A DNA stretch of 64,000 nt from Nemertoderma westbladi. Lineage: Eukaryota; Animalia; Xenacoelomorpha. The translations under genes were made by a program, and so were the position numbers. Positions within the stretch are counted from its first letter, which is position 1. Every line of letters begins with the position of its first letter. The stretch is taken from assembly GCA_032718475.1 (NCBI GenBank), contig JAUCBJ010002919.1:55044-119043 (forward strand), written 5' to 3'. Positions 39,378 to 51,000 of this stretch are shown here, piece by piece. The notes under the pieces are model-generated. The model saw nothing but the letters and a program-made list of their open reading frames with translations. It was not told the origin of the DNA and searched no databases.

Positions 39378-40014
39378 GTAATAATAATAAAGTTATAAAT
39401 TGTTAAATATTATTTAGACTAGAGAATCTATATATAATATTAACTTTTCAATTATAAATGGAACTTGAACACTATATGCCTAACACAACTACCGGCCCAC
39501 GACGAGTACCACACCGAACTTAGTTATACAATAACCATGACCAGCCGGAGTCAAGCATATGGAGCGCCTAGCATGTATAAAAATGGCCCCTCCGTTCTAC
39601 CTCACCAGCACCAGTGCAATTATATGTGTATATTTACCTCGAGAATTGTGAAAAAAGTTATACTTTTTTCCCAACTAATAAAATTATTATTTACCTTTTA
39701 CAATCCTGCATTGTCGTGTAACTCGTGTTAACTTTAGTTTATTGTTTTGGTTTACCCAATCCGCCTCTGTAACGTGCTCGCTCCTTTACTAACTTGCCTA
39801 CATCACGGTACAAATACAATTTAACGAATTGATGCCAAAGAATAAATGTCAGCACATTTTAAAAGTATGTCCACTTGTTTCGCTTGCTTTACCGAATATA
39901 ATACCGAACATTTTTTCTATTACTTCGTACACAATTTCCTCGTCCCTCTAACACCAAGGTATCTTGTTTAAATATGAAGCGAGTTTGAAAGATGTCGTTC
40001 GCGGCGAATACATA

Positions 40015-40627
40015 CTAAAATCGAGTTATATTGGTGTTGTAAGGGTCTAAGCCACGATTCTAAGTAAAACAAATTCCTTTTTATCATATGGCCATTTCGT
40101 GTATTAACACACGTCTTCAGTGATATAAATATATATTAAAATGTTTACATAATATACATATTAAAATAAGTACGTACGCGGTTAAATTTAATTGAATAAT
40201 ACTGTAAAGATACTAATTTATACGAGGCTATCGTACAGTACATGCCTGGTTATTTTCGGATGAACAATCGACAAAATGCGAAGTGTGAATAAAATATGAG
40301 CACTGGTAAAAAAAAGAGATTAGGCTGACATGGAGGATAAGTTAAATTAAAATAGGTAAGGAAAATAAAGTTAAATATATAATAATGTGATACTTTTCGG
40401 ATGAACATTCGATAAAATGCGAAGTGTGACCAAGGCTAGGTAGATACAATTAATTAAGTTAAAATAAGTAAAAATAAATAAAAAGATATACGGCAGTTCA
40501 GGTATGGACGGCTTGGAAGGTACAATTAAATAAAATGAAATAAAGTGAAATGAAATAAAATAAAATTATTTAAAACATGAGCAGACAATCAGACGACCCT
40601 TACAACACCAATATAACTCGATTTTAG
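40015..40627. mobile_element. MITE with perfect 33-bp TIR and TA flanks (Tc1/mariner-type)
   Basis: CTAAAATCGAGTTATATTGGTGTTGTAAGGGTC (40015-40047) and its exact reverse complement (40595-40627); TA on both sides. Confidence 0.8.
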
Positions 40628-40747
40628 TAAGGTATCTTGTGACGTAGATGTTTTTGCATTCCCGTACGATTGTACGATAGAAATCACAAAGTGAGTTATA
40701 TTTGTCTCAACTCTTTATCTTTACTCGGTCCGTCTCCGTTGTTTTAG

Positions 40748-40963
40748 GAACAGATAGTCCAGGTGGTTTGTTTCGCAATCTCCTTAGGAATAGTATTAAA
40801 GGAGTTTCTCAACAATGTGAGGGCGACTCTGTTGAGATAGTCGACGCAGAGCGGGATCGTAAACGCTCTGTCGTCCACTACGATACGCGCTCTATCTCCG
40901 TGAGTTTCTCGCAACAAGCGCGAAAGATAAACTCCATATCTCGACGGAGGAATACAGCCACCG
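40748..40963 (+). CDS. SIPA1L: SIPA1-like Rap-GAP gene, coding exon 3
   Basis: Acceptor GTTTTAG; VVHYDTRSI...RRRNTAT(G) matches SIPA1L AHYDVQS...RRNTTTG; donor CG|GTACGT; phase 1->1. Confidence 0.88.
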
Positions 40964-41084
40964 GTACGTTCGTGTCATTTGTAATAGTATCGATCGCTTG
41001 TATCACGTTACCTTATCAGTCCATCTATACGTCTGTATTATTCTGTATTTTTATTATTTATTATTAGTATTTTTGTGAACTATT

Positions 41085-41138
41085 GGTTTCTTATTATAGT
41101 TTTCGTTTGGCACAGCTTAGCAAAGTCGGCAGTGACGT
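41085..41138 (-). mobile_element. Head-less fragment of the tRNA-derived SINE
   Basis: GGCACAGCTTAGCAAAGTCGGCAGTGACGT matches GGCACAGCTTTTTGCAAAGTCGGCAATGACGT at ~63428-63458. Confidence 0.6.
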
Positions 41139-41320
41139 GTGATTGGTTGTGATGATTGCTGATATGTTATAATGATTGCTGATTGGTTGCAATGATTGGT
41201 TATTGATTGCTGATTGGATGCAGTGGTTGTTGATTGTTTGCTGATTGGATGCAGTGGTTGTTGATTGTTTGCTGATTGGATGCAGTGGTTGTTGATTGTT
41301 TGCTGATTGGTTGCAATGAT
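41139..41320. repeat. ~31-bp minisatellite (TTGATTGTTTGCTGATTGGATGCAGTGGTTG), about 5 degenerate copies
   Basis: Direct tandem copies ending just before the exon 4 acceptor. Confidence 0.8.
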
Positions 41321-41341
41321 CCTTGTTGGTCTACCTTGTAG

Positions 41342-41580
41342 GCGCGTCAGCAGCTGCCTCGGGCCATCGCTCGCATCGCTCCAACTCAACCCGGGCCTCC
41401 GAACAGTTAGACCGCGGTGACGATAAATCTTCCCAACTTCTACTCTGTTGCCCCTATTTCCGCAATGAGGTGGGATTAGAAGAGGAGAAACGAGTTTATT
41501 TGAGTCGCAAGTATATTGGATCGACGCCTGCAGGTTCCAATTCCGGGGATTTATATTCCAGCACTTTCGCACATATTAAT
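41342..41580 (+). CDS. SIPA1L: SIPA1-like Rap-GAP gene, coding exon 4
   Basis: GASAAA...DRGDDKSSQLLLCCPYFRNEVG matches SIPA1L GASAAA...[22 protein letters not shown]; acceptor CTTGTAG, donor GTAAGT; phase 1->0. Confidence 0.92.
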
Positions 41581-42560
41581 GTAAGTTTCAGCTCATCTGG
41601 AATATATTGTTGTAATATAGTTGATCTACCCCACGCTATTAATAAATTAAAATCAAATTGATAACATGCAACACCATGCCACGGAACATTGCGTCTTAAT
41701 TCAGTGGCTTTGACTCCCCCCCCCCCCCCCCCCCCATATCTGTGAAATTTAGATATGAAAGTGAAAATGTAAATTCTGACTTGCCAAGTTAAAGAGGATG
41801 CCGGAGATGATAACTATCTCAAATTTCATGCAATCTCATTAAGATTTGTAGAATTGTTTTTAATGTTATGATTGTGTGGGGGGGGGGGGGGGGTACAGAA
41901 TTTTGACACTAATTTCCGGCCCCTGCATGGCGTACATCATCACGAACTATTCACCCGCATACACCATACAGTATTATTGTAAGTTATAACCGGGACTAAC
42001 TGCGATGCCTGCTGATAGTACTCTCGTAAATCTTGGTATTTAAGGAATTAATTTCAGAATTTTAATACTGTAAAGGTATTTAAATTGCCCGCTCTTTAAC
42101 CCGCTCCTTTCCCTGTATTGTTAACGATATCGTTATGGTTTCGGTTATAAAAAACAGCCTCTGTAGCGTGCTCCTTTTCATCAATTGGTGAAGTGATCGT
42201 TTATTAATTTGAATTATTGTAACCAATTGAGTGAAAGGATCAGATTTCAGCCGCAGGTTTTTCTTACTAAAACAATAAACGATTTCGTTACCAATGGGGA
42301 GGGAAAGGAGAAAGGAGCTTGTCAGTTTCAGGCATTTCTAATCAAAACAATAAATGATACCCAGTATAATATTTACTGCTTTACTGATAACGGTATTGAT
42401 GCCGTAAGGGAGAAGTATCAAATAAAAAAAAACGAGGATTTATATTGCCATATTGCCATATGAGTTCCAATTCAATATTAAACACCGTATATACTATTTG
42501 TTTTGTAAAGTGAAAACGGAATGAAAGGTAAAGGGACATGATATTACATTTTTACACGCG

Positions 42561-43023
42561 ATATTTTTACTCACCATATTTTTACTCGCCATGTTTTTAC
42601 TCACCATGTTTTTACTCACCATATTTTTACTCACCGTATTTTTACTCACCATGTTTTTACTCACCATATTTTTACTCACCATGTTTTTACTCACCATGTT
42701 TTTACTCACCATGTTTTTACTCACCATATTTTTACTCGCCATATTTTTACTCACCATGTTTTTACTCACCATGTTTTTACTCACCATGTTTTTACTCACC
42801 ATGTTTTTACTCACCATATTTTTACTCACCATATTTTTACTCGCCATGTTTTTACTTACCATGTTTTTACTCACCATATTTTTACTCACCATGTTTTTAC
42901 TCACCATGTTTTTACTCACCATGTTTTTACTCACCATGTTTTTACTCACCATGTTTTTACTCACCATGTTTTTACTCACCATGTTTTTACTCACCACGTT
43001 TTTACTCACCATATTTTTACTCA
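42561..43023. repeat. 15-bp minisatellite CCAT(G/A)TTTTTACTCA, ~31 copies
   Basis: Near-perfect tandem array; 2-3 further units at 43942-43977. Confidence 0.95.
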
Positions 43024-43870
43024 AAACCGGTCACCCTTCACAAAACTCACCTGTCTAAGAAAGAGTTCCGCGACGCTCTGTGTCTGCGCTACGGCTGGCA
43101 ACCGAAGTCGCTTCCTTCTCGTTGTGTCTGTGGGGAACGATTTTCCCCCTTCACACGTCCTGTCGTGCCCCACCGGGGGTTATGCCTCGATAAGGCACAA
43201 CGAGATACGCGATTTCGTTGCCGACGCTCTAACCGAAGTAGCCCACAACGTCACAGTAGAGCCAACACTCCAGCCTCTGACAGGTGAGGAGTTCACCCAC
43301 AGATCCACCTCCACAGAAGATCAGGCGAGGTTGGACGTCTCTGTCAGCGGGTTCTGGGGTGGCCGCTTCGAGAAGACTTACTTCGACGTCTCGGTCTACA
43401 ACCCTCTAGCGGCCACCAACGCAGCCATGACCACCGAGGGCGCTTATTCCCACCACGAGGCGCGGAAACGCCTAAAGTACGAGGAGCGCATCCGAGAGGT
43501 CGAACTGTCGTCGTTTGTGCCTCTGATACTTTCAGCCTTTGGCGGTACGGCGCCAGCGATGCAACAGTTCGTTAAGCGTTTATCGCTTAAACTCTCGGAT
43601 CGTCGCGACCTCAGCTACTCTGAGTGTATCTGCTGGACGCGGAGGAAGATAAGCTTCGCGCTTCTCCGCTCCAGTTTGATGTGTCTCCGTGGAGCGAGAT
43701 CCGCCGCCAAACGCCCCGTTTATCATCAGGTGTCCGCAGACTCGATTCGCCTGACTAACGCCGATACCAACACCGGCTAGACTGACTGTCAGTGGTCGTC
43801 ATAGGCCTCTAAACAGGCCCTTCTTTCTTTATTTATTTTTTTATTATGTTTATGTTTATAATTATGTTGC
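43024..43870 (+). mobile_element. 5'-truncated CRE-clade non-LTR retrotransposon (zinc knuckle + restriction-like endonuclease)
   Basis: LSKKEFRDALCLRYGW..CVCG..(frameshift ~43145)..HVLSCPTGG..RHNEIRD..RLDV..GFW..FDVSVYNP..HEARKRLKY..FVPLILSAFGG..LRGAR; stop at 43780, followed by an AT-rich tail. Confidence 0.82.
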
Positions 43871-44065
43871 TAGGAAACTGGTAAAGGGAAAGTGTACAGT
43901 ACATAATGATAATGTATATAGTTTTTAAATGTGATGTTTGCCCATATTTTCACTCACCATGTTTTTACTCACCATATTATCCGTATGTGGGCCTACGTGA
44001 TATCATACAATACATACTATTTGCTATCACAACATTTAATTTTAACCTTTTTCCGTACTTTACAG

Positions 44066-44301
44066 ATACTTTGTCCGGAATGGTGTCCGAACAACTGCGA
44101 CCAGTGCGACGGTTGCGATCATCCTTTAGAGTTTATAGATCGAGGGGCGTTGTACTACCGGAATCACTTCCTGGGTAAGGACCATCGTAATTACTATGGC
44201 AACGACGATGTAACATACGGCCCATTGGCTGTTAGTTTACTCAGAGAACCAGTTCCTGCGGTTGCCTACTTAGACCAAGAAAGTGACGTCAGCAGATACA
44301 G
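44066..44301 (+). CDS. SIPA1L: SIPA1-like Rap-GAP gene, coding exon 5
   Basis: LEFIDRGALYYRNHFLGKDHRNYYGNDDVTYGPLAVSLLRE (Rap-GAP dimerisation region); acceptor CTTTACAG, donor AG|GTTGGT; phase 0->2. Confidence 0.9.
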
Positions 44302-44619
44302 GTTGGTCGTGTTTGCATTGGCTTTGGATACCTGGGGGGGGGGGGGGGGGGGGGTAATGTTTTTTTTTCTATGATTCTAGTGGTAGCAGTGTGTGGTTCA
44401 GCACTAATACTACTAACTGTATAATTGGCCTGCTGAATTGCAGCTACACATTGAGATTGCTATGATGGCTTAACAAAATACTTGAGCCTCCACCATGCAA
44501 TCGATAATTGACATGCCCCAAGAATTAAGAATGCTATACCGGCTTATCAGCAAAGTTGCACCGCCACAACTCCCTATCCCTTTCTCCCTATCACTTTCGC
44601 TAGATTATCCGCATCTCCA

Positions 44620-44840
44620 AGACCAGTGTCCTTTAAGATGTTTTTACTCCTACGTCTTTATTAAGAAAGACGTGGATTGTCCACCACGCTTATTCACTCA
44701 ATGAGGCCGCAAAAGCACAAGATTATGCACTGGCTGGTCCTCACGGCGAAAGCAATGTCCTGCAAAGCGGAGGCGGCTTTGTTCTAGTGCCAAGCTTGGG
44801 AGAACCAATGAAACACCTCCAATGTTATATAGTGTCTGGT
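44620..44840 (-). mobile_element. RTE-clade LINE 3' fragment
   Basis: Reverse complement of ~60729-60950 (ACCAGACACTATATAACATTGGAGGTGT...GCCGCCTCCGCTTTGC...GAGTGAATAAGCGT). Confidence 0.85.
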
Positions 44841-44895
44841 GTCCTCAGCAGTTAGAGCCCAGCGGGCACCTTAAGACCAACCCCACCCCCCTCCC

Positions 44896-45705
44896 CTCAC
44901 TTCTCGGTAACCTAGACAGGTTCTCGTTAACACGGGTTGTACTGTGGGGCAGGGACCCGTCGCCGTCACTCCTCGGTAACCTACACAGGTTCTCGTTACA
45001 CGGGTTGTACTGTGGGGCAGGGACCCGTCGCCGTCACTCCTCGGTAACCTACACAGGTTCTCATTACACGGGTTGTACTGTGGGGCAGGGACCCGTCGCC
45101 GTCACTCCTCGGTAACCTAGACAGGTTCTCGTTAACACGGGTTGTACTGTGGGGCAGGGACCCGTCGCCGTCACTCCTCGGTAACCTAGACAGGTTCTCG
45201 TTAACACGGGTTGTACTGTGGGGCAGGGACCCGTCGCCGTCACTCCTCGGTAACCTACACAGGTTCTCGTTACACGTGTTGTACTGTGGGGCAGGGACCC
45301 GTCGCCGTCACTCCTCGGTAACCTAGACAGGTTCTCGTTAACACGGGTTGTACTGTGGGGCAGGGACCCGTCGCCGTCACTCCTCGGTAACCTACACAGG
45401 TTCTCGTTACACGTGTTGTACTGTGGGGCAGGGACCCGTCGCCGTCACTTCTCGGTAACCTAGACAGGTTCTCGTTAACACGGGTTGTACTGTGGGGCAG
45501 GGACCCGTCGCCGTCACTCCTCGGTAACCTAGACAGGTTCTCGTTAACACGGGTTGTACTGTGGGGCAGGGACCCGTCGCCGTCACTCCTCGGTAACCTA
45601 GACAGGTTCTCGTTAACACGGGTTGTACTGTGGGGCAGGGACCCGTCGCCGTCACTCCTCGGTAACCTAGACAGGTTCTTGTTAACACGGGTTGTACTGT
45701 GGGGC
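44896..45705. repeat. 68/69-bp GC-rich minisatellite, ~12 copies
   Basis: Unit GGGCAGGGACCCGTCGCCGTCACTCCTCGGTAACCTA(G/C)ACAGGTTCTCGTTA(A)CACGGGTTGTACTGTG. Confidence 0.95.
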
Positions 45706-45819
45706 CGTTAAATAATTTATACTATAGGCTCCGCATAATTTTATTTGAAAGCTACACAACTTCAATTTTTTATCAACATTTTATTATTTATTTTTTTTAA
45801 TAATACAATATTTTTATAG

Positions 45820-46000
45820 ATATTGCGTTATAATACGCACCAGTGATCTGGTGGCTTTGAGAGTTTCTGTATTAGAAGATGCGATTCCGTCGGCTGTTAA
45901 ACCCGCAGCTAATCGTGTCGTTCCCGTTAAAGATGTTCTAGAGTTGGTTGCACCGGGTTTGCCTCTTGGTTGTTTGAAGTTGGGAACTTCTGATTCTAAG
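45820..46000 (+). CDS. SIPA1L: SIPA1-like Rap-GAP gene, coding exon 6
   Basis: YCVIIRTSDLVALRVSVLEDAIPS...VKDVLELVAPGLPLGCLKLGTSDSK matches SIPA1L RTSELMTLRGSVLEDAIPS...LKEVLE; donor AAG|GTTGGT; phase 2->0. Confidence 0.92.
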
Positions 46001-48016
46001 GTTGGTGTCATTATTCCTACTGATTCTAAGGTTGGTGTCATTATTCCTACTGATTCTAAGGTTGGTGTCATTATTCCTACTGATTCTAAGGTTGGTGTCA
46101 TTATTCCTACTGATTCTAAGGTTGGTGTCATTATTCCTACTGATTCTAAGGTTGGTGTCATTATTCCTACTGATTCTAAGGTTGGTGTCATTATTCCTAC
46201 TGATTCTAAGGTTGGTGTCATTATTCCTACTGATTGGTGTCATTATTCCTACTGATTCTAAGGTTGGTGTCATTATTCCTACTGATTCTAAGGTTGGTAT
46301 CATTATTCCTACTGATTCTAAGGTTGGTGTCATTATTCCTACTGATTCTAAGGTTGGTGTCATTATTCCTACTGATTCTAAGGTTGGTGTCATTATTCCT
46401 ACTGATTCTAAGGTTGGTGTCATTATTCCTACTGATTCTAAGGTTGGTGTCATTATTCCTACTGATTCTAAGGTTGGTGTCATTATTCCTACTGATTCTA
46501 AGGTTGGTGTCATTATTCCTACTGATTCTAAGGTTGGTGTCATTATTCCTACTGATTGGTGTCATTATTCCTACTGATTCTAAGGTTGGTGTCATTATTC
46601 CTACTGATTCTAAGGTTGGTATCATTATTCCTACTGATTCTAAGGTTGGTGTCATTATTCCTACTGATTCTAAGGTTGGTGTCATTATTCCTACTGATTC
46701 TAAGGTTGGTGTCATTATTCCTACGGATCCTAAGGTTGGTGTCATTATTCCTACTGATTCTAAGGTTGGTGTCATTATTCCTACTGATTCTAAGGTTGGT
46801 TTCATTATTCCTACGGATCCTAAGGTTGGTGTCATTATTCCTACTGATTGGTGTCATTATTCCTACGGATCCTAAGGTTGGTGTCATTATTCCTACGGAT
46901 CCTAAGGTTGGTGTCATTATTCCTACTGATTCTAAGGTTGGTGTCATTATTCCTACTGATTCTAAGGTTGGTGTCATTATTCCTACTGATTCTAAGGTTG
47001 GTTTCATTATTCCTACTGATTCTAAGGTTGGTGTCATTATTCCTACTGATTCTAAGGTTGGTGTCATTATTCCTACTGATTCTAAGGTTGGTGTCATTTT
47101 TCCTACTGATTCTAAGGTTGGTGTCATTATTCCTACTGATTGGTGTCATTATTCCTACTGATTGGTGTCATTATTCCTACTGATTGGTGTCATTATTCCT
47201 ACTGATTGGTGTCATTATTCCTACTGATTCTAAGGTTGGTGTCATTATTCCTACTGATTCTAAGGTTGGTGTCATTATTCCTACTGATTGGTGTCATTAT
47301 TCCTACTGATTGGTGTCATTATTCCTACTGATTGGTGTCATTATTCCTACTGATTGGTGTCATTATTCCTACTGATTCTAAGGTTGGTGTCATTATTCCT
47401 ACTGATTCTAAGGTTGGTGTCATTATTCCTACTGATGATTCTAAGGTTGGTGCCATTATTCCTACTGATTCTAAGGTTGGTGTCATTATTCCTACTGATG
47501 ATTCTAAGGTTGGTGCCATTATTCCTACTGATTCTAAGGTTGGTGTCATTATTCCTACTTATTCTAAGGTTGGTTTCATTATTCCTACTGATTCTAAGGT
47601 TGGTGTCATTATTCCTACTGATTGGTGTCATTATTCCTACTGATTCTAAGGTTGGTGTCATTATTCCTACTGATTCTAAGGTTGGTGTCATTATTCCTAC
47701 TGATGATTCTAAGGTTGGTGCCATTATTCCTACTGATTCTAAGGTTGGTGTCATTATTCCTACTGATTCTAAGGTTGGTGTCATTATTCCTACTGATTCT
47801 AAGGTTGGTGTCATTATTCCTACTGATTCTAAGGTTGGTGTCATTATTCCTACTGATTCTAATGTTGGTGTCATTATTCCTACTGATTCTAAGGTTGGTG
47901 TCATTATTCCTACTGATTCTAAGGTTGGTGTCATTATTCCTACTGATTCTAAGGTTGGTGTCATTATTCCTACTGATTCTAAGGTTGGTGTCATTATTCC
48001 TACTTATTGGTGTCAT
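45991..48016. repeat. 30-bp (with 22- and 33-bp variants) tandem array spanning the exon 6 donor site, ~70 units
   Basis: Unit TGATTCTAAG|GTTGGTGTCATTATTCCTAC; the first 10 nt of the first unit are exonic. Confidence 0.96.
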
Positions 48017-48040
48017 CCGGGTACTGTAAACCTGTACCTA

Positions 48041-51000
48041 GAGGACATGAAATCCTCGCTTTTTACTTAGTATATATTTGTCCGCTAACTTTAACTTAAT
48101 ATATATATATAGTTAGAAGACATGTCCGCTAACTTAATATATATATAGTTAGAAGACATGTCCGCTAACTTAATATATAGTTAGACGACATGTCCGCTAA
48201 CTCAATATATATCGAGTTAGAAGACATGTCCGCTAAATTAATATATATATATAGTTAGAAGACATGTCCGCTAACTTAATATATAGTTAGAAGACATGTC
48301 CGCTAACTTAATATATATATAGTTAGAAGACATGTCCGCTAACTTAATATATATATAGTTAGAAGACATGTCCGCTAACTTAATATATATATAGTTAGAA
48401 GACATGTCCGCTAACTTAATATATATAGAGTTAGACGACATGTCCGCTAACTTAATATATATCGAGTTAGAAGACATGTCCGCTAACTCAATATATATCG
48501 CGTTAGAAGACATGTCCGCTAAATTAATATATATATATAGTTAGAAGACATATCCGCTAACTTAATATATAGTTAGAAGACATGTCCGCTAACTTAATAT
48601 ATATATAGTTAGAAGACATGTCCGCTAACTTAATATATATAGAGTTAGACGACATGTCCGCTAACTTAATATATATAGAGTTAGAAGACATGTCCGCTAA
48701 ATTAATATATATATATAGTTAGAAGACATGTCCGCTAACTTAATATATAGTTAGAAGACATGTCCGCTAACTTAATATATATATAGTTAGAAGACATGTC
48801 CGCTAACTTAATATATATAGAGTTAGACGACATGTCCGCTAACTTAATATATATCGAGTTAGAAGACATGTCCGCTAACTCAATATATATCGAGTTAGAA
48901 GACATGTCCGCTAAATTAATATATAGTTAGAAGACATGTCCGCTAACTTAATATATAGTTAGAAGACATGTCCGCTAACTCAATATATAGTTAGAAGACA
49001 TGTCCGCTAACTTAATATATAGTTAGAAGACATGTCCGCTAACTTAATATATAGTTAGAAGACATGTCCGCTAACTTAATATATAGTTAGAAGACATGTC
49101 CGCTAACTTAATATATATCGAGTTAGAAGACATGTCCGCTAACTCAATATATATCGAGTTAGAAGACATGTCCGCTAAATTAATATATAGTTAGAAGACA
49201 TGTCCGCTAACTTAATATATAGTTAGAAGACATGTCCGCTAACTCAATATATAGTTAGAAGACATGTCCGCTAACTTAATATATAGTTAGAAGACATGTC
49301 CGCTAACTTAATATAGAGTTAGAAGACATGTCCGCTAACTTAATATATAGTTAGAAGACATGTCCGCTAACTTAATATGTAGTTAGAAGACATGTCCGCT
49401 AACTTAATATATAGTTAGAAGACATGTCCGCTAACTTAATATATATAGAGTTAGAAGACATGTCCGCTAACTTAATATATATAGAGTTAGAAGACATGTC
49501 CGCTAAATTAATATATAGTTAGAAGACATGTCCGCTAACTGAATATATAGGTAGAAGACATGTCCGCTAACTTAATATATAGGTAGAAGACATGTCCGCT
49601 AACTTAATATAGAGTTAGAAGACATGTCCGCTAACTCAATATATATCGAGTTAGAAGACATGTCCGCTAACTCAATATATATTGAGTTAGAAGACATGTC
49701 CGCTAACTTAATATATAGTTAGAAGACATGTCCGCTAACTTAATATATATAGAGTTAGAAGACATGTCCGCTAACTCAATATATATCGAGTTAGAAGACA
49801 TGTCCGCTAAATTAATATATAGTTAGAAGACATGTCCGCTAAATTAATATATAGTTAGAAGACATGTCCGCTAACTTAATATATAGGTAGAAGACATGTC
49901 CGCTAACTTAATATATAGGTAGAAGACATGTCCGCTAACTTAATATATAGTTAGAAGACATGTCCGCTAAATTAATATATAGTTAGAAGACATGTCCGCT
50001 AACTGAATATATAGGTAGAAGACATGTCCGCTAACTTAATATATAGGTAGAAGACATGTCCGCTAACTTAATATATAGTTAGAAGACATGTCCGCTAACT
50101 TAATATATATAGAGTTAGAAGACATGTCCGCTAACTTAATATAGAGTTCGAAGACATGTCCGCTAACTTAATATATATAGAGTTAGAAGACATGTCCGCT
50201 AACTTAATATATAGTTAGAAGACATGTCCGCTAACTTAATATATATTGAGTTAGAAGACATGTCCGCTAACTCAATATATATCGAGTTAGAAGACATGTC
50301 CGCTAACTTAATATATAGTTAGAAGACATGTCCGCTAACTTAATATATAGGTAGAAGACATGTCCGCTAACTTAATATATAGTTAGAAGACATGTCCGCT
50401 AACTTAATATATATAGAGTTAGAAGACATGTCCGCTAACTCAATATATATCGAGTTAGAAGACATGTCCGCTAACTCAATATATATCGAGTTAGAAGACA
50501 TGTCCGCTAACTTAATATATAGTTAGAAGACATGTCCGCTAACTTAATATATAGTTAGAAGACATGTCCGCTAACTTAATATATATAGAGTTAGAAGACA
50601 TGTCCGCTAATTTAATATATATAGAGTTAGAAGACATGTCCGCTAACTTAATATATAGTTAGAAGACATGTCCGCTAACTTAATATATAGTTAGAAGACA
50701 TGTCCGCTAACTTAATATATATTGAGTTAGAAGACATGTCCGCTAACTCAATATATATCGAGTTAGAAGACATGTCCGCTAACTCAATATATATCGAGTT
50801 AGAAGACATGTCCGCTAACTTAATATATAGTTAGAAGACATGTCCGCTAACTTAATATATAGGTAGAAGACATGTCCGCTAACTTAATATATAGTTAGAA
50901 GACATGTCCGCTAAATTAATATATAGTTAGAAGACATGTCCGCTAACTGAATATATAGGTAGAAGACATGTCCGCTAACTTAATATAGAGTTAGAAGACA

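Noticed and set aside
39993-40025. U6 snRNA fragment (ACATACTAAAAT)
   Set aside because: The match is only ~12 nt and is explained by the TA flank plus the MITE TIR.
42494-43058. Repeat proteins (YSPCF)n resembling the Pol II CTD, (SKNMV)n and (MFLLT)n
   Set aside because: These are translations of a 15-bp minisatellite in an intron.
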